Of a DNA stretch of 64,000 nt, positions 57,601 through 64,000 are shown one piece after another (within the stretch, counting starts at the first letter, position 1; the number at the start of each line of letters is the position of its first letter). Source of the stretch: Defluviitaleaceae bacterium (GTDB taxonomy: Bacteria > Bacillota > Clostridia > Lachnospirales > WQUN01); contig WQVF01000005.1 of the NCBI GenBank assembly GCA_009781725.1, positions 4,845-68,844 on the forward strand, read 5' to 3'. A model generated the notes under the pieces. It was given only the letters and a program-made list of their open reading frames with translations. It did no database searches and was not told the origin of the DNA. Position numbers and translations under genes: made by a program.

Positions 57601-59274
57601 AATCTCAATCCCGGTGTTATAGCCTTCGTGTGTATAAATAATCCCTAAATATCCTGTGCCTTGAGCATCGCCAAACGCAGTGCGGCCGGTAGTTGCCGAT
57701 AATGATGCCAATGCAACATTGCTGGTTGCCGCATTTCTGACTGTTGTACCGGGGCGGAATATATATACCTCATCCCCAAAATCAGGGCTCGCAGAGTCTG
57801 CATTGCCCCTGAACCCTGTATTTATTCTTGTGATTACAAGCCCCGCCCGATAATCTCCCGATGACGCTACCTGGAAACGGTCATATGCCGTTGGGTTCAC
57901 GCTACTTCTGTATTCAAGCAACATAAACTCATTGGGCCTGTTCTCAATAGGGATTACAAATGCCGTATCTCCGCTGGATGCACCCAAGGGATGGAGAGTA
58001 AATGTGCCGCTGTTGGTTATCTCTACCGGCGGGTCGCCCCAGCCTACATAACGGCGCATTGCGTGAGTATTGGAAAACTGAAATAAGTCATCACTGTTAT
58101 GGGACATGATGTCCCAATGTCCTACCGGCCTGCCAACATGAGCGTATCTGTAGAAATCAGGCATTCCAAAGACATGCAATTGTTCATGGACGATTACACT
58201 CCGCCTTAGTGTCGAGAATGGGTAGCTTGCTCCTAGCATCAACAGGCTATAATCACTGACAGCTACACCATTAAGAGATGCAGATGCATGTTGCAAACTC
58301 CACGCATGAGGCCACAAGAAACTTGCCCATGCACCAGGGTCGCCGGTAAGGACAAATGTAACGCTGTCTACACGGGACGAATGAATAGTATTAAGCACTC
58401 TCCCTGCCAAAAGAGCACTGCCATCTATTGCCTCAATAGCGCGGGCTAACAAATGCTGGCCACGGATATGACCCTCTGTTATGCCATTTACCGGAGTGGG
58501 GTTATATCCAATAGGGTTAGATGCAGAGACGGGCATAAAATAGCCCCTTGGCTGGGTATCCCGGTACATAATAACTGTGTTGTTGTTCATGCCAACGAGA
58601 GTTGAGTTGAGGGTGAGCACACCGTCAGAAGCGGCATACATATAACTCCTCAAGGAAGATTGAGGCCCGTTGAACCTGTCCTCTATTACCCCTGCAAGTG
58701 TGGGTGAAATTGTGTATGGCTCTCCGTCAAATGTAATCAAAATTACAATATTCTCAATTGTGCCACTTATCGGGTTTCCGCGAACCATACCAACGCCAAA
58801 CGTAGCAGGTTCGATTCCCTGTGATTCAAGGGGAGTTATTTCTTCCGATGTGTCCATACTGCGCACAAGATGCGAGTTTATCCCAAAGTCGATATCCGCA
58901 GTAGTTATGCCATGGGCGGAAATAGGCTGAGCCATCCGCGCCAGGCTATTGGCATCGTAGAACCGGCCATCATTAATCGCAACTCGGCTTGATGGACTAA
59001 GTATGCCGTTTCCATCCAATGTGGCATAGACCCAAAATCCCGTTTCGGGATGCTGGATTATTATCCTGCCCTCACTGTCATGTAAATAGTTAAAAAACTC
59101 ATCGCCGCTAACAAAGGCATCAAGAGTTGTACCATCAGGCTGCTCCACCGTCATTGGAATATTGAACAATGGGGCTGCCATTACACTTACGGATATTGCG
59201 GCAAACATCACTATCAGTGAAGCTATTGCTGCCAGAAACACTTTTGGAGCGAGTGGTCTTTGTCGATTTTTCAT
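54670..59274 (-). CDS. Secreted mosaic protein: M6-family (immune inhibitor A-like) metalloprotease, beta-helix GGG[VI] repeats, Flg_new repeat, Big_2-like domain and a C-terminal F5/8 type C (discoidin) domain
   Basis: I placed the start at MKNRQ (59274, GAGGAGG 9 nt upstream). Signal peptide ...SVSVMAAP. HEQLH zinc motif at 58174-58188 (VHEQLHVFGMPDFY). GGGVSN/GGGVTN/GGGVLN turns. NNFDIQY at 56260-56280. GYTFAGWYLNP...LYARW. The C-terminus, WLQVDFGEVRNFNHIRIYQ...ARYVRLV, is typical of discoidin domains. Confidence 0.85.
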   Translation of the reverse strand: MKNRQRPLAPKVFLAAIASLIVMFAAISVSVMAAPLFNIPMTVEQPDGTTLDAFVSGDEFFNYLHDSEGRIIIQHPETGFWVYATLDGNGILSPSSRVAINDGRFYDANSLARMAQPISAHGITTADIDFGINSHLVRSMDTSEEITPLESQGIEPATFGVGMVRGNPISGTIENIVILITFDGEPYTISPTLAGVIEDRFNGPQSSLRSYMYAASDGVLTLNSTLVGMNNNTVIMYRDTQPRGYFMPVSASNPIGYNPTPVNGITEGHIRGQHLLARAIEAIDGSALLAGRVLNTIHSSRVDSVTFVLTGDPGAWASFLWPHAWSLQHASASLNGVAVSDYSLLMLGASYPFSTLRRSVIVHEQLHVFGMPDFYRYAHVGRPVGHWDIMSHNSDDLFQFSNTHAMRRYVGWGDPPVEITNSGTFTLHPLGASSGDTAFVIPIENRPNEFMLLEYRSSVNPTAYDRFQVASSGDYRAGLVITRINTGFRGNADSASPDFGDEVYIFRPGTTVRNAATSNVALASLSATTGRTAFGDAQGTGYLGIIYTHEGYNTGIEIYNVSVAGNTISFSVYLGASNITSLSPEMALRAAVASAGGTPTVIYLTQDITLSEVQAPLLIPNGANVILRGAGGVRRYISAGGNFNAIQVGENILNDPYAYLTLENIGVTRTPNTTGNGIFVSRNGHLTLDSGIITGHNRGAVENQGVFVMEGGEISGNTAIGNPAGGVTNWNVFTMYGGTISGNTGAFSGGVRNSVVTVNSVRVYGTFTMEGGVITNNTATGPNGGGGVSNTAIFNMNDGMISHNTATGQGGGGVTNMVSTAVFTMAGGDIYHNIVTGSGGGVLNMSAGTFIMEGGTISYNSSSNWSGGVSNSSAFTMSGGYIRNNSTGQNGGGIGLIGGHTFSFHMTGGEISGNSAIVVGGIGISSGPLSVGGPSVASITVLRDALDTGRFTIGANAVFANNNTITGSGIRYHAPEDAARYAANIHGTQWTCPFTQGFNNFDIQYWAGTGGNARPINFVLGGTESNPTTPQSIDTIRVFINTLIMQAPSFPADPTRVGYTFAGWYLNPGFTQALTPATNMPNNNDTRLYARWEKAMRIIVNLPTAYALPGTQVAGITATVVDGINPPQTVTWTIEGNNSFLTHLAMTWQGLGLVICHGETSGTQITVRATSTVDTNISGTARVTITTENTHEIHLMPFYLDCCCFRGDDKWQFARERAQRSFHVPHGNSLQEVFYVDRYSFGTPLWRDAITSEYYFAWYIKQMPIYAPRIFTQISRRSNIMIDFNGGTCHLTGESVLAHAWIYCDKPYSCGNDIFVAMQWHWHGVPDPQLDDHILIGWYEVQTGRILATYELPFLHICELSWIDFLLKEGYPFVWEYRAIWEPTSQGNLPCPTTNLARDIHGAVMSASSYMPARPHTRANNGIRDGAATQSWSATGIGQEWLQVDFGEVRNFNHIRIYQGGNRIMNYSFQYSNDGITWTTIRSGTRIMEATPNYYEFTHHTTIQARYVRLVSGNSTGATPIVVFEFEVYYMQGV

Positions 59275-59319
59275 TGTGCATTGCCTCCTCATTCTACGCA
59301 TAACGAGATATTTTACGTA

Positions 59320-59348
59320 AAATTACCATGAGCACTATGCAATGTCAA
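59320..59348 (-). promoter_or_regulatory. Sigma-70-type promoter candidate for the M6-protease gene
   Basis: On the minus strand: TTGACA (59348-59343), 17 nt, TAATTT (59325-59320). It lies about 45 nt upstream of the ATG. Confidence 0.45.
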
Positions 59349-59443
59349 CAATGTTCGGCAATATTTTTCGTCACAATCATCCATTTTCACAATTGCAATA
59401 ATATGATGTGCCTGCATCCAGCTTGCATCACCTAGGAAATACA

Positions 59444-59479
59444 TTAAAAAAAGTGTCTACGTTTTGCATGTAGACACTT
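59444..59479 (-). terminator. Orphan minus-strand intrinsic terminator in the divergent intergenic region
   Basis: AAGTGTCTAC (59451-59460) pairs with GTAGACACTT (59470-59479). On the minus strand it is followed by TTTTTTTAATG. No minus-strand ORF lies upstream of it. Confidence 0.5.
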
Positions 59480-59603
59480 AGAACCCATATCCAATTTACA
59501 TCTATACCAACAATGCGACAGATGTAACAGTATTGGCGGTTAATAATTCTTTCATGCGTTTGCCCTAAGCATATTGCCACGTCAATCTAATATGCAGATT
59601 ATG

Positions 59604-59632
59604 TTGACAATTGAATAAATCTAGAATATATT
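59604..59632 (+). promoter_or_regulatory. Sigma-70-type promoter of the arsR-type/P-type ATPase operon
   Basis: TTGACA (59604-59609), 17 nt, TATATT (59627-59632). Confidence 0.6.
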
Positions 59633-59657
59633 ATAGTTGAACAATCGTTCAACTATA
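59632..59657. promoter_or_regulatory. ArsR/SmtB-type operator: perfect 11-4-11 inverted repeat overlapping the -10 region
   Basis: TATAGTTGAAC-aatc-GTTCAACTATA. It sits directly between the -10 hexamer and the RBS of the ArsR-family gene. Confidence 0.65.
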
Positions 59658-59673
59658 GCAAGGAGATGAAAAT

Positions 59674-60036
59674 ATGCCTATAACCAAAGTTTCCTGCGAT
59701 GTGGATGCTATTCACGAAGAGGTAGTCACCCGGATTAGTGCCACAATGCCAGAGGGCAAATATTTCTATGACCTGGCGAATCTATATAAGATGTTCGCCG
59801 ACCCAACTAGGCTTAAGGTCCTATGGGCACTTTCCCAAGAGGATATGTGTGTCTGTGACCTTGCTGCCCTGCTGGGGATGACAAAATCTGCGATATCCCA
59901 CCAGCTTAAATCTCTACGAATGTCTAATCTTGTGAAATACGATAAGCAGGGCAAGGTTGTGTATTACTCACTGGCGGATGAACGAGTGAGATTTATCCTT
60001 GAAAATGAATCGAAGGGAATAGAACATAATGAATGA
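59674..60036 (+). CDS. ArsR/SmtB-family metal-responsive transcriptional repressor (CadC/CzrA-like)
   Basis: FADPTRLKVLWALSQEDMCVCDLAALLGMTKSAISHQLKSLR (winged HTH with a CVC metal site). AGGAG RBS. Confidence 0.88.
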   Translation: MPITKVSCDVDAIHEEVVTRISATMPEGKYFYDLANLYKMFADPTRLKVLWALSQEDMCVCDLAALLGMTKSAISHQLKSLRMSNLVKYDKQGKVVYYSLADERVRFILENESKGIEHNE

Positions 60037-61963
60037 AGATGTACTAAAAAGCATAGGCTGCTCCCAGTGCTCCTGCAGCGGCGGGAAACATCATGATGAA
60101 AAATCCGAAAAGATAAGATTAATCCGGCTGATAATAGGAGCCGCAACCTTTGTCGCAGGCATATTGTCAGGGCGGCTGATGGATTGGGATTATGTTACGG
60201 CTATTTTATTTGTAATAGGCTATCTAGTCCTTGGCGCGGACGTAATATGGAAAGCAGTCCGAAATATTGTCCGAGGCAAAGTCTTTGACGAGAATTTTCT
60301 TATAGCCACTGCAACTATCGGAGCCTTTGTTCTTGGGGAATACGCCGAGGCTGTTGCCGTAATGTTATTCTATGGTGTGGGCAAGTTTTTCGAAGAGCGG
60401 GCGGTAGGCAAGTCCAAGAAATCTATTGGGGCACTTATGGATATACGACCGGACTTTGCACGGGTAAAAAAAGATGGCCAATTAATGAAGGTTGACCCGG
60501 AAACAGTAAAAATCGGTGACATAATCCTTGTAAAAGCCGGAGAAAAAATCCCCCTGGACGGTGTTGTACTGGAAGGCCAAGCCCTTCTTGACACAGCAGC
60601 CCTTACCGGGGAATCCGTGCCCCGCTCTGCTCGGATTGATAACACCGTGCTCTCAGGTTGCGTCAATAAGGACGGCCTGCTGACAATCCAGGTGACCAAG
60701 CACTATGGTCAATCCACTGTGGCCAGAATCATCGACCTGGTGGAAAACGCCGCAAGCAAAAAGGCTCCAACAGAGAAGTTTATCACCAAGTTTGCCAGGT
60801 ACTACACCCCGGTAGTCGTGATTCTTGCGGCATTTATTGCAATCATTCCACCCCTTCTACTGGGGGCGGAATGGAGCCAATGGATTCATAGGAGCCTGGT
60901 TTTCCTGGTGATATCCTGCCCATGCGCGCTGGTAATCTCCATTCCTTTGGGGTTTTTTGGAGGAATCGGAGGTGCGGCCCGGCGAGGAATTTTGTTCAAG
61001 GGAGGCAACTATTTACAGGCCCTTAACAGCTTGGATATTGCAGTTTTTGATAAGACCGGTACCCTTACAAAGGGAGCCTTTGAGGTAACAAAAGTTGAAC
61101 CGGTAACTCCTTTCACCAGAGAAAATCTACTGGAAGCCGCGGCAAAGGCCGAGGTATTTTCTAATCACCCTATAGCCCTGTCCATTTTGCGGGAATATGG
61201 CAAGGAAGTTGACAAAGGGGCTCTTTCCCAGTACAAAGAAATTGCAGGCCATGGAATTAGCGTGGTAGACGGCTCCACAGAAATATTGGCCGGAAACATA
61301 AAACTGATGAATCAAATAAATATCTCCACTCAAGAAATCGATGCCCTGGGCACAAAAGTCTATGTGGCAATAGACGGCCATTATGCCGGCTGCATAATAA
61401 TCTCCGATGAAATAAAAAAAGACAGCCGTGACGCAATAGCTGTCTTAAAATCAATGGGTGTACGCAAAACAGTGATGCTATCCGGTGATAACCATCCCAC
61501 CGCAACCGCAGTAGCCACCGAAATAGGCCTAGATGAGGTCTATGCCGACTTGCTGCCGGAGCAAAAAGTAGAAAAGCTGGAGCTGCTAAGCCAGGAAAAA
61601 CGCTCCAAAGGCAAGTTGGCCTTCGTCGGTGACGGCATCAACGATGCTCCTGTGCTTGCAATGGCAGACATAGGCGTAGCAATGGGTGGCCTAGGCTCCG
61701 ACGCCGCAATAGAAGCCGCCGATGTTGTGCTAATGACCGACGAACCCTCCAAGCTGGCAGAGGCAGTAAACATTGCCAAGTTTACCAATCGGATTGTATG
61801 GCAGAATATTATCTTTGCCTTGGGGGTAAAGGGCCTGTTCCTAGGGCTGGGGGCATTTGGCGTCGCCAGTATGTGGGAGGCAGTGTTTGCGGATGTTGGA
61901 GTCACTGTCCTTGCGGTTTTCAACGCTATGCGGGTGCTACGAGGCACGTCGAAAACTAAATAG
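60029..61963 (+). CDS. Heavy-metal-translocating P1B-type ATPase (Cd/Zn/Co-type, CPC motif)
   Basis: 644 aa. SCPCALV (TM6 CPC), DKTGTLT and GDGINDAP. The Cys/His-rich N-terminus (CSQCSCSGGKHHDEK) replaces a classical HMA domain. 8-nt overlap with the repressor gene. Confidence 0.9.
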   Translation: MNEDVLKSIGCSQCSCSGGKHHDEKSEKIRLIRLIIGAATFVAGILSGRLMDWDYVTAILFVIGYLVLGADVIWKAVRNIVRGKVFDENFLIATATIGAFVLGEYAEAVAVMLFYGVGKFFEERAVGKSKKSIGALMDIRPDFARVKKDGQLMKVDPETVKIGDIILVKAGEKIPLDGVVLEGQALLDTAALTGESVPRSARIDNTVLSGCVNKDGLLTIQVTKHYGQSTVARIIDLVENAASKKAPTEKFITKFARYYTPVVVILAAFIAIIPPLLLGAEWSQWIHRSLVFLVISCPCALVISIPLGFFGGIGGAARRGILFKGGNYLQALNSLDIAVFDKTGTLTKGAFEVTKVEPVTPFTRENLLEAAAKAEVFSNHPIALSILREYGKEVDKGALSQYKEIAGHGISVVDGSTEILAGNIKLMNQINISTQEIDALGTKVYVAIDGHYAGCIIISDEIKKDSRDAIAVLKSMGVRKTVMLSGDNHPTATAVATEIGLDEVYADLLPEQKVEKLELLSQEKRSKGKLAFVGDGINDAPVLAMADIGVAMGGLGSDAAIEAADVVLMTDEPSKLAEAVNIAKFTNRIVWQNIIFALGVKGLFLGLGAFGVASMWEAVFADVGVTVLAVFNAMRVLRGTSKTK

Positions 61964-62726
61964 CAGTCCAGCCACCGTCAACCAACACCATCTGACCCGT
62001 TGTATAGCTTGAAGCATCAGAAGCAAGATAAACCAAAGCTCCATCCAGTTCTCCGTCCCGGCCAGAACGCCCCATGGGGCAATAAGTCTTTATCGCACCT
62101 TGGAACTCCGCGCCTTCAAGCAAATCCCCTGTCATCTCGCTTGGGAAAAAGCCCGGGCCAATTGCATTGACAGTGATATTATGCTTCGCCCACTCATTGG
62201 CCATGGACCGAGTAAGTATTTCAACAGCACCTTTGGATGTGTTGTATGCGGTAATAGGCATACCAGCGATAGCTACACGGGAACAAATCGAGCCAATATT
62301 TATGATTTTCCCATATTGTTGCTTAATCATATGCTTGCCAACTTCCCTAGAGAGATAGTAGACAGCATTGAGATTGATATTCATTACATGGAGCCATTCC
62401 TCATCTGTTTGTGTTTCTGCAGGGGCAATGACAGATACGCCGGCATTATTGACCAAGATATCTATTTTGCCAAAATGCCTCACAACCTCGGCAACCATTG
62501 ATGTGAGGTCTTCTATGTTACCAACATCACATTTTACAGCCAGGCACTTAGTGCCCATGGCTTCAAGCTCTTTTTTAAGGCTTTCAAGCCTATCCACCCG
62601 CCGGGCACTAATGGCGACACTTGCCCCTTGAATGGCAAGTGCTTTGGCAAATTGCACCCCAAGGCCGGAAGAAGCACCTGTTACCAGTGCTACTTTACCG
62701 GTTAAGTCAAATATGTTCTTCATCAT
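61956..62726 (-). CDS. SDR-family oxidoreductase (gluconate 5-dehydrogenase / 3-oxoacyl-ACP reductase-like)
   Basis: TGASSGLG (TGxxxGxG), NNAG, and YxxxK (YNTSKGAV). Its stop overlaps the convergent ATPase gene by 8 nt. Confidence 0.88.
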   Translation of the reverse strand: MMKNIFDLTGKVALVTGASSGLGVQFAKALAIQGASVAISARRVDRLESLKKELEAMGTKCLAVKCDVGNIEDLTSMVAEVVRHFGKIDILVNNAGVSVIAPAETQTDEEWLHVMNINLNAVYYLSREVGKHMIKQQYGKIINIGSICSRVAIAGMPITAYNTSKGAVEILTRSMANEWAKHNITVNAIGPGFFPSEMTGDLLEGAEFQGAIKTYCPMGRSGRDGELDGALVYLASDASSYTTGQMVLVDGGWTAI

Positions 62727-62860
62727 TTCTTCCTCCTTCTAATCCAACAAGTTATGTTTGTAGCAGAAAATATTATACATATGAAATTGTCGGATATCAA
62801 ATATGCCCTACTCAACATTAAATAACCCTATTTCTGAGATTATTTTATCATTGATGTAAT

Positions 62861-62966
62861 ATATAGCGAATTAAATGAGAAACAGTCCAGGCCGAGCCGA
62901 AAATCGCGAACGCTTCTACGCGTTTTCGGCGACAGACTGGACTGATTTCGAATTAATTCGCTATAT
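62861..62966. repeat. Intergenic palindromic repeat family 2, second copy
   Basis: ATATAGCGAATTAAATGAGAAACAGTCCAGGCCGAGCCGAAAATCGCGAACGCTTCTACGCGTTTTCGGCGACAGACTGGACTGATTTCGAATTAATTCGCTATAT. See also 28328-28430. Confidence 0.85.
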
Positions 62967-63001
62967 TTCTTGATGGTGGGGCTATATAGTCGTTCGCTAT
63001 A

Positions 63002-64000
63002 TTATCTCACAATTATCCTTCTGGGCATCAAATACCCCTCAACCATAGGATTATAATAATCAAACACTCGCACATGACCTCCTATTACATCAACAGGGAA
63101 GGCTGGGCGATATGCAACTACTATGTCAATCACTTCTCCTGCCATGGTATCACGGAGATACAGGTTGATATTATCAAATCGCATTTCATACCTCTCGATA
63201 ATACCCATATGTCTAAGGCGCGCCAGACTCCCTCGCTCTACCCTAAACCCTTGGGGTATGGAAACCGCAATCAACCCGTTATTTACAATATCCCCTGAGG
63301 TATTAACAATCCTTATCTCCTGCTCCACCAACTCGTGTACAGCAAATTCGGTATTCATCCGGGATGTTACATAAAAACCCCTATCCAACTCTACAGCGTC
63401 ATATGGTGCAAAAAACTCCTGTACGACTTTATATACCATCCTGCCTAAGTTGGGGAAATCAATTTCAATGATATTCTCCTCTTCAAGACCAGTGAAAACA
63501 ACTTGATAAAAATCCATGGTATTGTCACTGGCGATATCAATAAATTGCACTTCATTACCGATAGTAATGGTAATCCGCCCGTCTTGCAGCGGCCCCGCAG
63601 CTACATGCTGGGTCAACGCCTTTAGGGATAAAATCGTGGCCTGGGTACTATGCCATGTCCCCCAGGAATCCCGCTGGCTTACAATATAGTTTATCAGCCT
63701 ATTGTTGAGTGCTTCATGGGAGCCATGCCGTGACAGTGCAAGAGATGTAAGCCCGGTAGCCTGCAAGTATTGTATGCGCCCAAAGGCACCAAAATAATCT
63801 CGAGTGGTCGATGTAATATAGGCGGCATCACCAGTTATTACAGCACTATCTGCAAGCCGATTGACCACATCACGGGCCATATAATGCTGGGTATTTACCA
63901 AGACATTAGCGATTAGTGCCAAGGTATAATAATCATCTACGACATTAAGCTGGGAAACCAAGTACTCCACAGACCTATCCAGCCGCCAGTCCCGCGGAAA
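63002..64000 (-). CDS. Alpha-2-macroglobulin-family protein, C-terminal part (the gene continues beyond the window edge)
   Basis: An alpha/alpha-toroid thioester-domain-like region (RDSWGTWHSTQATILSLKAL) followed by a receptor-binding-like beta domain. The reading frame stays open to position 64000, so the ATG at 63970 is probably internal. Confidence 0.65.
   Translation of the reverse strand, partial: FPRDWRLDRSVEYLVSQLNVVDDYYTLALIANVLVNTQHYMARDVVNRLADSAVITGDAAYITSTTRDYFGAFGRIQYLQATGLTSLALSRHGSHEALNNRLINYIVSQRDSWGTWHSTQATILSLKALTQHVAAGPLQDGRITITIGNEVQFIDIASDNTMDFYQVVFTGLEEENIIEIDFPNLGRMVYKVVQEFFAPYDAVELDRGFYVTSRMNTEFAVHELVEQEIRIVNTSGDIVNNGLIAVSIPQGFRVERGSLARLRHMGIIERYEMRFDNINLYLRDTMAGEVIDIVVAYRPAFPVDVIGGHVRVFDYYNPMVEGYLMPRRIIVR

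Noticed and set aside
61956-61963. The 8-nt convergent overlap of the P-type ATPase and SDR stop regions, as a possible regulatory feature.
   Set aside because: Overlapping convergent stops (TAG at 61961-61963 on the + strand, TAG at 61956-61958 on the - strand) are common in compact genomes. No hairpin or other structure is present.

Overview
The window looks like Firmicutes/Clostridia chromosome. This is an inference from GGAGG-type RBSs, LPXTG sorting signals and gene content. No rRNA, tRNA, CRISPR array, transposase or integrase gene was seen.

**Layout**
- **1-0.9 kb:** no credible ORF, several repeats, and a strong + strand terminator just before a small AbrB-like gene.
- **1.3-3.4 kb:** prolyl oligopeptidase.
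- **3.4-19.7 kb, minus strand:** a de novo purine operon in the order purE, purK, purL, purF, purM, purN, purH, purD, purC. Seven non-pur genes sit inside it: DUF2461, a Zn-ribbon membrane protein, NUDIX, an HD hydrolase, a cyclase-family protein, a histidine-phosphatase::polytopic-membrane fusion, and an O-methyltransferase. Four of them overlap a neighbouring gene.
- **20.0-21.7 kb:** a visibly AT-rich islet with an ABC-type AAA ATPase and two tiny out-of-frame ORFs.
- **21.7-26.6 kb:** a LacI regulator and an LplABC-like sugar ABC importer.
- **26.8-28.2 kb:** an HTH-only AraC gene overlapping (ATGA) a 345-aa protein of unknown function.
- **28.5-59.3 kb:** three related secreted beta-helix proteins with Pmp-like GGG[VI] repeats, of 4648, 2412 and 1543 aa. 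Together they take about 25.8 kb, roughly 40% of the window. They are interleaved with an Lhr-like helicase, a HEPN-MNT pair, and a PIN gene followed by a 57-aa ORF that the ORF track does not list.
- **59.6-64 kb:** an ArsR/P-type metal ATPase pair with a clear promoter and operator, an SDR oxidoreductase, and the 3' part of an alpha-2-macroglobulin-like gene.

At least four families of palindromic, MITE-like intergenic repeats punctuate the window.

**Most interesting:** the giant-protein locus. It has supermodules delimited by an invariant NN[LYF]DI[NQ][FY] motif, Tyr/Asp/Glu-rich tracts with phased 45-nt tandem repeats, and young internal duplications. I cannot judge novelty without database searches.
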